From Heptranchias perlo (Eukaryota), in the NCBI RefSeq assembly GCF_035084215.1, contig NC_090340.1, positions 4,464,001 to 4,528,000 on the forward strand: a DNA stretch of 64,000 bases. Direction: 5' to 3'. This document shows, in pieces, positions 1 through 13,250 of the stretch. The notes beneath the pieces were generated by a model, which did no database searches, was not told the origin of the DNA, and saw only the letters and a list, made by a program, of their open reading frames with translations. Each line of letters opens with the position of its first letter. Position 1 is the first letter of the stretch. Both the position numbers and the translations under genes were made by a program.

Positions 1-1545
1 GCTAGTTTACTCTCATGCTCTATTTTTCCTCTCTTCATCAATCTCTATGTATCCTTTGCTGAATTCTAAACTGCTCCCAATCCTCAGGGTTGCTGCTTTT
101 TCAGGCAATTTTATATGTTTCCCCTTTGGATCTAATACTATCCCTAATTTATTTTGTAAGCCACAGTTAAGCCACCTTTCCTGTTTTATTTTTGCGCCAG
201 ACAGGAATGAATAATTGTTGTAATTCCTGCACACATTCTTTAAATATTAGCCATTGCCTAGTCACCGTCATCCCTTTTAGTAAAATTCCCCAATCTATGA
301 TAACCAACTCGCACCTCATACTTTCGTAATTTCATTTATTTAGATTCAGGACCGTAGTTTACGACTCAACTATTCATTCTCCATCTTAATGAGGAATTCT
401 ATCAAATTATGGTCCCTCTTCCCTAAGGGACCCCGCACAACAAGAATGTTAGTTGATTCTTTCTCATTGCACAACACCCACTCTAGGATCGCCTATTCTC
501 TAGTTGGTCCCTCAACGTATTGGTCTAGAAAACCATCACGTACACACTCCAGGAATTCCTCCCCGACAGTATTATTGCTAATTTGGTTTGACCAATCTAT
601 ATGTAGATTAAAGTCACCCATGATTATAGTTGTACCCTTCTTGGAAGCGTCTCTAATTTCCTGTTTAATGCCCTCCCCTACATCTCCACTACTGTTTGGG
701 GGCCTTTCGACAACCCCCACCAAGTTTTCTGCCCCTTGGTGTTTCTTAGCTCCATCCATACAGATTCCACATCGTGATTTTCCGAGCCAATATCCTTCCT
801 CACTATTACATTGATTTCCTCCTTTGCTTAGAACGCTTCACCGTCTCCTTTCTCTTTTTCCTGTCCTTCATAAATATTGAGTACCCCTGGATGTTCAGTT
901 CCCATCCCTACCGCCATGTCTCCGTAATCACAACTATATCATAACCATTAATATCTATCTGCGTTGTTAATTTGTCCACCTTATGCGAATACTCCGCGCA
1001 TTAAGCCAGAATGCCTTTAGACTTGTCTTTTTAAGATTGCTAGTCATCTTATTTTTATTTGGCACGATGGCCTTATTTGTTTTTCGCCCTTATTTTCTCT
1101 GCCTTCCACTATTGCTTCTTCCCTTTCTGTCTTTTGTTTCTAACCCGGTTTTCCCCTCCTCTGTCTTCCTGATCAGTTTCCCATCCCCCTACCATTCTAG
1201 ATTAAACCTTCCCCAACAGCACTAGCAAACAGCCCCGTGAGGACATCGGTCCCGGTTCTGCTCGGGTGTAACCCGTCCTGCTTGTACAGGTACCACCTTC
1301 CCCAGAATCTGTCCCAAGGTTCCAGAAATCTAAATCCTCCCTCCTAAACCATCCCTGCAGCCACGCATTAATCTGGTCTATTCTCCTGCTCCTATAATCA
1401 CGTGGCACTGGTAGTAATCCTGAGGTCACTGTCTTTGAGGTCCTGCTTTTTAATTTGTCTCCTAACTCCTTAAATTCACCTTGCAGGATCTCATCTCTTT
1501 TTTACCTATGTCGTTGGTACCGATATAGACGACGACTACTGGCTG
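1..1545 (-). mobile_element. CR1 LINE fragment (ORF1 esterase-like end plus ORF2 AP-endonuclease)
   Basis: ORF 493-759 IIMGDFNLHIDWSNQ...FLECVRDGFLDQYVEGPTRE (APE endonuclease); ORF 1202-1429 SGLLPVPR...INAWLQGW typical of CR1 ORF1; stops and frameshifts. Confidence 0.85.
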
Positions 1546-2989
1546 AATTGATTGAATGTGTTCACCATCAAATCAAATAAATCTCCAGCTCACTCAAATT
1601 TAGGTAATCACTATTAATGGAGGAGATATGGTGCCTATGTTCGTTGTTATTTGTCTATTAAATTGTATCTGACATTATTCTACGTATTTATATATTTTAT
1701 ACAACCGCTTCTATAATTTTTGCGCTGCTTCGTCCAATGTCAATGTCATTGCAGTTTGGTATCATCTGTAAATCTATAATGATCCATCGTTTTTAGCTAT
1801 CAATCCTAATTTGTATCTTAATACTACATTGCTTTGAATGTCGTGCTGAAGATTTCAAGGACAACAACAACAATCCACAAGCATCATTTCTACCCATATA
1901 AAACAGAAACTTACTCGGACATAAAACTACAGACCTCATGTGCCAGTGCATCATTTTACCTGTACATTTCTGGTAATGCCTGGAAAAAAATGATGATAAA
2001 CGCACTCAGAGCGTACCAGTTACGTTTTAATGAAGGGACAGTGGGAAACCATGGGAAGTCCACTCTGCAGCCCAGCAGCACAATATTTTCTGGGCAAAAT
2101 GTGCTAACACCACTAATTTACTGGAGGCAGAATATCAGTCCCTAGTTTATATCCTTTATTCAATCTCTACCTAAATCTGTCATTATCTGTTGGTTTGTGC
2201 GGCGTTAACAATGTCATAGTCTCCAGACACTAACATCTCCTTTTCCTGGTGGACAGACCAGGCCCACTAGGGCTCCAGCCCTTACCATGATTGCAAACTG
2301 AGCCCTGAACTCTGCTTTGAGCAGCGACTCAACGGTTTCTTGAACCGCTCGATGGATTTGTTCTCAAGTTGAAAAGTTTCTCCTTTAACTCCACTCACTT
2401 CCTCCCTATCAAAAATATTACTGGTAGAGATACATGGGTCCTAGCGCTGTGTATTTTTGTTGGATATGTAAAACACTCTTACGTGTAATTGAGACTTTGG
2501 GGGATGGTAAAAAATGGACGATATCCAACCATAGAATCATATAGCAGAGGAGGAGGTCATTTGGCCCTTCGTTTCTGCTCCGGATCTCTGAAAGAGCTCC
2601 CAATTATTCCCACTCTCTTTCCCCATAGCCCTGCAATTCTTTACCATTTTAAGTAGAGATCCAATTGAAATTGAAAGCACATTATACACATCACCCAGTC
2701 TTCCCTTCCATTTGCTGAATAATGAACACATCGCATGTTTTACACCGTCGCCGAAAGTTAAAATCGCTCCCTTTGGCGATAAAATTTGTCTTGGCGTGTA
2801 TTGCAAAACAAGCGATAGGGAATTGGCAGCGCGTTTGACACTCCGCTCGATTGTCTTTTCCATTAACTTTAACTGGAAAACAAATGCGCAGGATGTAAGG
2901 CTGTCGATTCCCTATTGCCCGTTTTGCGATATGGAGAAAGGCCAGTGTCATCTCCGCTCTATTTCTGTACCTTTCATATCTTTTCTGAT

Positions 2990-3640
2990 TTTTTATGCCA
3001 GGTCATTTCATGTTTCCACTCTGGAATGATTAACAGGACCGTCGCCTGTTTTTCCCCTAGACCCCAGGCTCCAATTGTTTCCCCACTCCCTCATCTCAGC
3101 GAAAACAGCGATCCCTTGTCCCCACATTCGCTTCCATTTCCCAATTTACCGTCGTCTATTTTTAGGACCTCTTTTGTCCCCTTTGTTGAAGGACTTGTCC
3201 CGCATAATATTCTTGTTGACTACCCTTGCTCTTCAGATGCCGTACCCCTAGCATCTCCATGTGTACCGGAGGAAATGCAATGGCCGTCCATTGGTATTCT
3301 CCCGCACTACTGTACAGGCTAAAAAGCATTCCTTCCATTTGTAATAGCATTTCATGCACACTTCCTACGATCTCGTAAAGCTTATTGACTGCTCTCTTCT
3401 AAATTGGGCAGTTTACATGATCATTTCGTTGATCATTTCATTGTACTTGCCTGTTTGATCCTCACCTCCTCACTGGCAGTAACTGTCACTTTGAGTAACG
3501 CTTTCATTCCTACTCAGGCCGCTTGTCCTCTAATTTCATATACTGTTCCAACGAAGCCAAATACAAGATTCAGGAGCAGTGTCCTGTCTTGCTGCTCCAC
3601 ATTCTGTAGCTATTTGGTTTGAACATTCCCTTTATTAATT
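2990..3640 (+). mobile_element. Degenerate Penelope-like element, 3' ORF (GIY-YIG region) remnant
   Basis: Decayed match to the PLE C-terminus near 3552-3630 (gaagccaaatacaagattcaggagcag...ggtttgaacatt, resembling EAQRKLEEQ...GLNI); heavily mutated. Confidence 0.45.
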
Positions 3641-3719
3641 TCATACCTCAGCAATATGCTCTATTTTCTCAATAGGGAAATTATCAACCTTCAACAGCAA
3701 AACTACATCATAGGACGAT

Positions 3720-3735
3720 AATTAGATAGCGAATG

Positions 3736-3809
<74 letters not shown>

Positions 3810-3936
3810 TTATGTAGATGATAGATATATAGATGATGTAGATTGATAGATTAATAGATGAGAGATGGATAGAGAGATAGATAGATAGATACATACATAC
3901 ATGCATACATACAGAAATGCATCGATACATAGATAG
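3720..3936. repeat. Compound microsatellite (AT)n(AG)n(GATA)n(CATA)n
   Basis: Directly visible; abuts the 3' end of the CR1 copy starting near 3940. Confidence 0.95.
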
Positions 3937-3939
3937 TAA

Positions 3940-4738
3940 CGTAAGAACATAAGAAATAAGAGCTGGAGTAGGCCATAAGGCCCATCGAGCCTGTTGGGAC
4001 ATTCAATAAGGCCATGGCTGATCTTCGACCTCAACTCTACTTTCCCGCCGGATCAATTTATCCCTTGGTTACCTTAGAGTCCAAAATCCACCGATCTCAG
4101 TCTTGAATATACTTAACAACTGAGCAGCCACAGCCCTCTGGGGTAGATAATTCCAAAGATTCACAACCCTCTGAGTGAAGAAATTTCTCCTCTTCTCAAT
4201 CCTAAATGGCCAATCCCTTATCCTGAGACTATGCCACTAGATATTGGCTCTCCATCCAGGGAAAACAGCCTTTCAGCATTTACCCTATCAAGCACTGTAA
4301 GAATCTTTTATGTCTCAATGAAATCTCCCCTTATTCTTCTAAACTAGAGAGAGTATAGGCCCATTCTCCTCAATTCCTCCTCATAGGCTCGCCCTCTCAT
4401 CCATGGGTTCAATCTAGTGAACACTTGGTGCACCGCCTCTATAGAAAGGAGATCCTTCCTGATGTAAGGAGATGAAAACTATACGCAGTACTCCAGGGAG
4501 TGGTCTCATCAAAGCACTGTACAACTGAAGCAAGACTTCCTTACTCTTGTACTCGAACCCCCTTGGAATGAAGGCCAAAATCCCTTTGGCTTCCCAATTG
4601 CTTGCTATACGTGCACGTTAGCTTTCTGTGTTTTGTGTACAAGGACACGGAGATCTGTCTGAACACCGACATTTAATAGTTTCTCACCATTTAAAAATAT
4701 TTTGTCTTTCTATTCTTCCTACCGAAGTGAATAATCTC
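3940..4738 (-). mobile_element. CR1 LINE 3' part; left half of the copy interrupted by ERV1
   Basis: CR1 3' terminus (aagaacataagaaataagagctggagtaggcc) and RT C-terminal sequence; breaks at ...gtgaataatctc (4738) and resumes as cctcacatttcccc at 11708. Confidence 0.85.
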
Positions 4739-5595
4739 TGTTTGAAATATGCTATTAGTAATGCTACCAAGGGTTGTTAATCCTTCTTAATAATAACTTC
4801 CGCAATGATTTTGGGCCCGAGTGCAAAAGCAATGTTCTAGTGCGGTAATGCCAAATAACAAGCATTCATATAACAACGTTATAATACAGTTATATCAAAT
4901 AAACAAGGATGGTATAACCTGTACCGAGGAAGTTTCAAGATAATCAGACCGGGTATCATAGGGTGTGTGGGCCTGCGTCACCCAGAAGCTACTTCAAACT
5001 CTAGTGGGTCAGTATTCGAGTTTATATAACTTTCTGAAGCGTACTTACTTCTAGTAGCTTCTTGTAGCTTAACGACATTAGTCCCATGACGTTGTCTGTC
5101 CCTGACGTCTCCCCCCAGGGCGCCCATCGTTCCAGATGTCTTTATCTATTCTATGTTGTTAACTGTTATCCATTCTATGTACCTTATGAGCGAAGCCTTG
5201 CAATTATCTTCCGGTGTATTTTGATTGTTCGGATGTCGACGTTCAAGTGGACTCATCCTGTATATGCCAATCACGAAAGTTACCTAATTATCTGAAAAAA
5301 AAGATCCTGCAATTAATATAACAGCATTAGTCTGTATCCAGGTCCTGAGTCTTTGATTATGCCTTGGGACGTTTCTGACAATTGGTCCTCCATGTCTCGG
5401 TTTCACAGTTTTATTGCCTCTGCAATATTCTCAGTCATTTGCTTAATGTCAGGCCTATCATTTCCTGTGGGATGCTGGTTCACATTTGTATTATTACAGA
5501 TGCAAGGCCTGCGCTTCGCTTTTTAGCCAAGTGTCTGAAGCTTTGTAGGACGGAATACATGACTATGATTTGATCTAGAAATCGTATTTCTTACA
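4739..5595 (-). repeat. ERV1 3' LTR
   Basis: On minus begins TGTAAGAAATAC right after the polypurine tract AAAGGGAGAGAGA (5596-5608) and ends ...TTTCAAACA at the CR1 junction; TATATAAA on minus near 5021-5028. Confidence 0.8.
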
Positions 5596-5841
5596 TCTCT
5601 CTCCCTTTGACCCTGAGTGCAACCACTCTGGGTCATTTTTCAACTTACTTCCGCATTTAACCTTTGTCATGGTCTTACCTAGCATCACCTTGGGTTTACA
5701 TTTTATCAATATTATGTTCATATAAACACACATAGACATATATTGCTTCAGCGGGCCCCGTTTGTCAATAAAGACCCAGTGAATCAATATGCGCAACATA
5801 ATTAATTGCCATAATACACAACATTGAAAAATAATTAATAG

Positions 5842-7929
5842 TTATAACACCATTCCACGGATGGACAGAGAAATTCGCGTCTTCAGCTTTTTATACGTTG
5901 AAAATATTACACAAAACATTACAGCAACAATTATAATCAGAACAAACTGAGGAGGGGTTAAATCCTCTGAGATAATTCTTGCCCAAGGATGTTGTCCTAC
6001 GTTATATACTATTTCCCACCATTCAGTTTCTCCTAGGTGTTCTATTTCGCTTTCTATGGCCGCATTTTGTTGTTGTAGATGAATTTGGTGATGCAATGCG
6101 GTGACAGTCCGGTCAAGTGCGGTTTGAACATTCACTGACAGTTTTGGAATCGGATGTCACAATTGTATAGCACCTTCTGAGCTCCTTTTCTAAACACAAA
6201 TTCCACCTGAATTTCCGTAGCATTATGAATGTTCACTGGGATCAGGACTGAACTCGCAACTCTCGGGGGTAACTCAGGAGTAAAACAAAACAATAGAGTT
6301 AGTACAGGACACTCTTGTTTGTCTTGGAGGTAAGCCAAGTCTGATATTGTCACGCAGTAGCAACATCTTCCCGTGTATCCATGCTTTGCCTGTCCCGATT
6401 TCCATCTTCTAATATTAACAATACAGTTAGGGGAGTGCTCATCTCGGGTGAAACCACAAGCTGGGATACCTATGTGGTGACATCGTACCAACAAATCCAT
6501 GTGCCCTTGACTTCAGTACAGCAAGATCAATCTGGTGTCCACCCTGATTTCACCATCCTTTTTGAACACCTTTGGATAGCTGACAAATTCTTTATGTATG
6601 TCACCTTCAAGGACGCCGATGGACTCCACCTTAAAGATCTTTGAAGGCTTCTGATCGGGTGAAAGGCGTAGAATGACCATAGCCACTGCGAAAACGTGTC
6701 CGTCTGTTATGTCTTCCCAGGACTGATTAAACTGGTTATACAGATCCCAGGCGCCAGATATTAAAATGGTTTCCTTCATTCTCCCAAGTCCATTTATCTA
6801 GCTGTTCATCCGTTATAAAAGAAGGGATGCGATTTTTCTCAATGTCTTCCAATCCCTTCCACACCCAAGATAGCATAAACGCATCTTACATGCTGCACAC
6901 AATTCCTATGGAGATCTCAATCTTAGATTCCTCCATGTCACTGATCACTGTATTAACTTTTTGCTGAGCCTGTCCAAAGTAGTCGACCATTTCCTTCAGA
7001 GATATTAAACTTGTTGCTTTTCATAAAATGACCCTGTCACTACCCTATTCGCGGCTTTCATTATGCCTTTTAATTGCTTTCGCATGACTTTATCGTGATC
7101 CCACATGTTCTCCATGTCTATCCTGTTCCAAGCGGCCGTTCCTGTTATAGCCCCTATGCCCAACTATTCAGCCATTTCCCGTTTCCTTTTCTGTCTACTG
7201 GGGGCTGTGGTGTTATTCCTTGGGACTTTTTCTATGTCCAGTCCTGAATTTCTCTCCATAAACTGTCTAAGTTTCTCGGACAACATCTGTTGGTAGAAAC
7301 TCTCACAAGTTTCATTACACAAACCTGGTAACAAAGCAACTTTTGAAAAATTAAACAGAACAGGGAAGATGTGAAATCTCACATCATTGTACAGGGTCTG
7401 CTATGCATTGAAAACCAATAAACCATTGATGGGACCTTTGCCTGCAACAAGACACCCAGTGGAGGCCGAATGGGCAGTTCCTTCTGAAAACTTTGCATTC
7501 TCGATTACTTTAGAGCAGAAAGACCAGGATGACAGCATTCTGGTTTCTTCTCTGGGTAGGTACCCATAACAATTGACATGCCGCTTCCAGACCTGAGGGA
7601 AATTCAGACTGGTTCTCATTGCCCGTGTTCCATTAGGGAACACACAAGTGTCCTTAGTGTTCCCCATATAGGGCATGCCAAAAGGTCACTCTCCGTACTG
7701 GTGTCCGCACTCATCCGATACCACTTGAGAGTAGCTGGTTTTGTTCCCTCGCCGATAAATGTACATGTCAATCAAAGCCCGTTCCCTCCGGGTACGTGTG
7801 CCGTGTTGGCCATGGCTTGGCCTCATTGGTGGTATAACTCATGGCAACACAGTCCCAGTCGTTCCAAAGGTGTTCGGCTTCACTGAGGAACAAGATGCAT
7901 CCTAACACGACAGCCACCAAAACGTTCAT
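5842..7929 (-). pseudogene. env: ERV1 env (class I fusion glycoprotein), disrupted
   Basis: Signal peptide MNVLVAVVLGCILFLSEA from ATG 7929; furin site RQKRKR near 7180-7197; fusion peptide EMAE*LGIGAITGTAAWNRIDME; heptad region and TM FVLIIIVAVMFCVIFSTY in ORF 5842-6135; internal stops and frameshifts. Confidence 0.8.
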
Positions 7930-8599
7930 GATTCAACCTTGGTAATGTGTAATATGCCTGCAAGATGTAATACATGTTCTTGGTGAATAGAATCATAGAA
8001 TATCTGGTAGCATTTTTATTTAATTAAATGACAAGCGTATAACATATGACTTGCCGCGAACAAATTAAAAACGGTGCTGTGTACCCATGTAAACCACAAA
8101 AAATTTCCTAAAATTTAGTTTGAAATGAATCACTTTTATAGATTTGTAGCAAGAATGCTTTTAAAAACTCTATCGTGGAATACAAGGCCACAGAGGGTTA
8201 TGCTGCGTTTCGCTTTGTGGAACGGAAAATAGGTCGGAGCAAACACCAAAAAAAGGTGGAGCTGCCACGAAAGCAACATCACACAGACATGTTTTAAAAA
8301 TAGGCTTTGAACCGAAAAAATGCAGCAGCCTTTTAAACATTTAAAAGCATTCTTGATGTTAAGCCATCAGCAAATTTACTGTTTACTGAATCGTGGACTA
8401 ATCATCAACCTCCTAACCTTCCTTCTTATTCTCAGTTGAGGGGGCATCATCATTACAGATTGTCTAAGGCAAGTTACTGTGGTTTCGTGCAAGGTCGAGC
8501 TCGAAGCTTCATGTTTGTTATATTCATACGATCAGGGTATGGACAACAGTCATCCACACTCTGTATTGTTATAATTCTCACGCTAGCCACAATCCCCTT

Positions 8600-8750
8600 A
8601 AGCTCGGGTCCGTTGTACCGTTTTAGCTGATTTGAATGAACCCAGCGATCGTGGGATCGATGGGTAGGTCATTCGCAGTCTATTTTTTATACCTGTTGAA
8701 TTAATTTGTCGATAATGGGATACGGGCTTTCAATTTTTGAACCGGGGTCA
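8600..8750 (-). pseudogene. ERV1 integrase C-terminal (GPY/F) remnant
   Basis: Minus-strand translation PYPIIDKL...DRWVHSNQLKRY across a frameshift; no DDE core seen upstream. Confidence 0.65.
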
Positions 8751-9198
8751 TATTGGGCACAAGTGACACATTGGTTTACCACTTTCCCAACAACATCACC
8801 CATTGCGGGCCATCACATTCTCTGCAGCAGCCTCTGAATCAGACCATCTCCCTTCTGATGTCCGCTGGATGTATGCGTCCACTCGACAATTTCCGATCGT
8901 AACAGGTAGGAAATTCTCTGTAATCTATGGTCAAATGCCATGAACCGTCTGATTTCCTGACTGACCAGATTGGGGAATTACAATTACTGGCCGTTTTTTA
9001 CAGTACACCCTGTTCAATTAGGAAGCGCACTATGGACATCACTGGCCCTTCTGCCTCCGTTGGGAACCGATATGGCTACCTGCGATCTGGACCTTGCGAT
9101 CAACCTTACCACGTTCGTTCTTATGTGTAGCCCAACAACCCGCATTCCTCAATATGGTCTCAACGACAACTCACTCATTACATAAAAGGCACCCCAGG

Positions 9199-9640
9199 TC
9201 ATACATTTGATTTGTCCCCACATACCAGATCTTCCCCTCGTGTCTGATAAAATATTCTTCCTTGTTTTGTCCCTTTTTCCACTTGCCACAGACAACGGTT
9301 AGCCATATCCACGATAATGTCATGGCTGCTTAGCCAGTCCACTCCCAAGATACCATTATGTGGCTCTCCCTGCATTCTAGTGTGCATTATATTATGACGC
9401 ATTGTCGATATTCCTATGATTAGGCCTGTTACCACTTTTTCTCCTTTCGGTCCACCTCTTCCAAATCCTCCTAATACTATATATGCCTTCAAACCAAACT
9501 GTTGTGGCATGTCTCTCCACAGAAACATGTGAGATGGCCAGCTTTTGAGTAATAATGCTCTGGGATGGGCTCCTATCCATGCATCTACATGGGGTCTACG
9601 GTGGAGGTCCATATGTAATCAACTAACGGATCCCTCCACC
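9199..9640 (-). pseudogene. ERV1 retropepsin protease, degenerate
   Basis: RPHVDAWIG...LGGFG...GILGVDWL...VDMANRCLW; the catalytic D(T/S)G is disrupted. Confidence 0.75.
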
Positions 9641-9696
9641 GGCGAGGCCGAGGATTGTCAACTTGCATGTTGGCAGTGATAATCCGTATTGAACGG

Positions 9697-11256
9697 CTAG
9701 ATGATATCTATCCGGCCTCCTTTTCCAAAATTACCTATATGCCTTTCCAGTTGTTCCACCTTTAACCTCAAGTGTTCTATCTCTGACTCCTTACTATTTC
9801 GGTTTGGGCAAGCTGCCTGCGCCATCTTCTTAGGACATTGCTGGGAGAAATGACCTGCCTTTCCACAACAAAAACACTCTGGTCCTGACTGGTCTCTCGT
9901 TGGGACTGATGGGCAGGAAGGCTCTGGGATGTTCCCTCGTACCTCCATGGTGGGCCATTGGGCCTCTTTGGAGTTGTACCGCATGTATATTGTCCGCCCT
10001 TGCACTATGGTTTTCCCCATTTGCGGTTCATCCACCTCATCATGGGCTTCTACCGTGGGATAATACATGTTATTATTAGTACCATATTTATTATTTAATG
10101 CCCCAAGGAGATAATGGACCCACTGCCTAGGGCCGGGGCGGTCCGAACCCTGATGATCATCCGCCGGGAAGACACCTTTATAATGGTTCCATAACTTGTC
10201 CACAAAAGCCTGTGGGTTTTCGTTAGTTTCCTGCCTACTTTCGAGTAACTCTTTCAAGGCTGCCCGTTTTGAATCTGTTCCGTGCCCCATGGTTTTACAT
10301 ACAATCCCTTCAGCTTCCTCCCAGGTGCATTTCCCATTTTAAGGTCTCCTGGCAGTACCTTATATACCTCGCGGTGACAGAATGAAGTACTAACTTTATC
10401 CTTTCATTGTTATCACATTCTTGTAGATCGGAGGCTTGCTCGATCATAGCCAAGCTCGTTCTAGACTGGGCTTTTATTATCGGGATGTCATGCGCCATTT
10501 CTTTTAACTGCCAGCTATTGTGTGGTGTGGCCATTTCCCCTATGGGCTCCTCTGTTCCAATCAACTTATGTGCCTTTATCGGCATTATGCCGGCCTTGGG
10601 ACGTCGGCCAGTTTCTCCCTTGTTCAGTGCGCTTTCTCTTTATTCCCCCTGCCTGTTCTTATACTCATAGGCTGCCTCAGCCAAATCTTTGTAGTTTATC
10701 TCCTCCCAGGTGGACCTACTCCCAATATTATTGGTATTAATTTGCCTTTTGGATACTGCAAACATCATATCCTTTCGTTGTTTCAATTGCTCTTTTAATT
10801 CATTAATCTCTTTTTGACATTGGTCCTGATTACCCTGTTTGTCAGCCTTACACTGATCTTCTTGACTCTGACTAAGCACCCCTCGCAGCGCGGACCCTAA
10901 TTCCTCCACTTTTACCTCGAGTTTTTTCACTAGCTCCGTTTGTTCCTATAGGGCTGTCTGGTATTCTTACATGTTTGTACTTTATAGCTATTATCTGTCT
11001 GCACACAAGATACTGACGCCCGTGAGAGTTTCACAATACAAAGTTTTGTCAGCAATAATTTCTGACATTTTTTCGCTTCTACTTCATGTTTATTTGATTC
11101 TGACATTAACTTGCTTATCTGTAGAGATTGCCACATTAAGAATACAGCTTTCCAACTACCGTTCTTAAGTTTCCTTTCCTTAGTGAGGGTCCGTACCAGA
11201 ACCTCCAAGACTTCTATACTATAAATATCTTTCAACACGGTTCTACATAACCCCAA
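9697..11256 (-). pseudogene. gag: ERV1 gag (N-terminal coiled coil, capsid, CCHC knuckle), fragmented
   Basis: Coiled coil KKLEVKVEEL...CQKEINELKEQLKQ; MHR-like RQETNENPQAFVDKLW; zinc knuckle CFCCGKAGHFSQQC. Confidence 0.85.
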
Positions 11257-11299
11257 TTTACAATCGACATATTAATGATGTGTGGACAGCAAACCATTT

Positions 11300-11706
11300 T
11301 GCCCTTATCTTTCTATGTATTTTGATTGTTCGGATGCTGTCATTTAAGATGTCTCATCCTGTATATGCTAATCGCGAAAGTTACCTGATTAGCTGAACAA
11401 AGCTCCTGCAATTAACATAACAAGATTAGTCTGTGTTCAGGTCCTGAGTCTTTGATTATGCCTTGGGACGTTTTGTTTTCTGTCTCTGACAAATGGTCTC
11501 CAATGTGTCTGTTTCACAGCTTTATTTTTTTCGCAATATTCTCAATCACTTTGCCTGATGTCAGGCAAATCATTCCCTGTGGGATGCTGGCGACCTTTTT
11601 AGTCTCAGAGACGCTAGGCCTGCTCTTCGCTTTTTAGGCAAGTGTCTGAAGCTTTGCAAGACGGGGTACATGACTATCATTTGGTCCAGAAAATGTATTT
11701 CTTACA
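11300..11706 (-). repeat. ERV1 5' LTR, partial (inner half apparently deleted)
   Basis: Direct repeat of 5199-5595; no counterpart of 4739-5198. Confidence 0.8.
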
Positions 11707-13250
11707 CCCTCACATTTCCCCACGTTATACTCCATCTGCCACCTTCTTGCCCTTTGTTTCCTCCTCACAGCTTACTTTCCCACCTAGCTTTGTATCATTA
11801 GCAAACTTGGATACATTGCACATTGCCCCTTCATCTAATCATTAATATAGATTGTAAACAGCTAAAGCACAAGCACTGATCCTTTAGGCAGCCCACTAGT
11901 TACAGCCTCCAAACCTGAAAATGACCTGTTTATTCCTACACTCTGTTTTCTGCCCATTAACTAATCCTCCATCCATGCTAATATATTACCCCCAACACCA
12001 GGATCCCTCATCTTATGTAACAACCTTCGGTGTTGCCTCTTATCAAATGTATTTTGAAAATCCAAATATACTATATCCACTGGACCCCTTTACCTACCCT
12101 GGTAGTTTCATCCTGAAAAAAAAACTTTAATATTTTTGTCAAACACGATTTCCCTTTCATTATAACATGTTGATTGTGCCTAATCATTAATTGTGAAATA
12201 TTTCTTTAAATGTTCACCTTGTTTATCTACCACCATAGCATTTAATCTAATTTCCCAATCAACCGTAGCCAACTCGTCCATGATGCTTATTTAATTGGCT
12301 TTGTTTAAGTTTAATTTCTGGTTTTGCACTAACGTACGTAATTCTCGAACTCAACTTGAAATTCTGTCATGTTATGATCACTTTGCCCCAGAAGATCCCT
12401 TACTGTGAGATTACTAATTAGCCCTGTGTCATTATACAAGACAAGATCTAAGATGCCCTGTTCTCTGGTTGGTTCTAAGTCGTGTTGTTTTAGAAAACTA
12501 TCTCGAATGCATTCCATGAACTCGTCCTCCAAACTACTTTTGCCAATTTGATTTGCCCAGTTTTAAGTTCCCCACGATTATTGCATTACCATTGCTACAA
12601 GCTCTCTTATTTTTTGATTAATACTCTGTCCAGCAGTATAACAACTCTTCGATGGCCTATAAACTACAACCATCAAAATTTCCTTCCCCTTGTTATTTTT
12701 GTATCTCCATCCATACTGATTCTTCCGAGCCAAGATCCTTTCTCACTACTGTTTTTATGTCAACCTTTATTAAGAGGGCTACCCCGTCTCCTTTTTCATT
12801 TTTTCTGTCTTTTAGAAAAGTCAAGTACACTGGAATATTAGTTCCCAACCTTGGTTACCTAGCTATCACTTCTCAGTAATGGTCATTAGATCAAATTCAT
12901 TTATCTGTATTTGTGCCATTAATTCGTCTATCTTGATACAAATGCTTCGTGCATTCAGATCAAGCGCATTTAATTTTAATTTTTCACTATTTTTCCCTGA
13001 TTTGACCTTATTGATTGATGTACTATTACATCAAACTCTCCGTTCGATCCTGACGCACTCTGCTTACATTCATCAAAATCGCTAACACTGCTCTATGGCC
13101 TTCATTTTTCACTTTAGATTTATAAATTACCCTTACTCGAATCTTCTACCTCTTTCTTTTAATTTAAAGCCCGATCTGCCTTTCTTGTTATTCCATTCGA
13201 CAGGAAATTGATCCCAGCCTGGTTTAATTTGAGCCTACCCAAAAGGAAGA
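11707..13250 (-). mobile_element. CR1 LINE 5' part (RT and endonuclease, internally deleted); right half of the interrupted copy
   Basis: FANDTKL-type RT sequence near 11790; ORF 12329-12532 FMECIRDSFLKQHDLEPTREQGILDLV (APE). Confidence 0.85.

Larger units (their letters stand above)
4739..11706 (-). mobile_element. Endogenous retrovirus-like element ERV1 (lokiretrovirus-like; LTR-gag-pro-delta pol-env-LTR)
   Basis: TG...CA termini at the CR1 breakpoints with a degenerate tctc/cctc target duplication; direct repeats 5199-5595 and 11300-11706; PPT; CCHC gag, protease, GPY remnant, env with furin site and TM. Confidence 0.85.

Noticed and set aside
3703-4034. ORFs rich in YLSI/SIYL
   Set aside because: They are translations of the GATA microsatellite.
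11280-11299. TGG three bases inside the partial 5' LTR as a primer-binding site
   Set aside because: The CR1 breakpoint shows the full LTR extends to 4739, so the 5' LTR is truncated by deletion and this TGG is probably coincidental.
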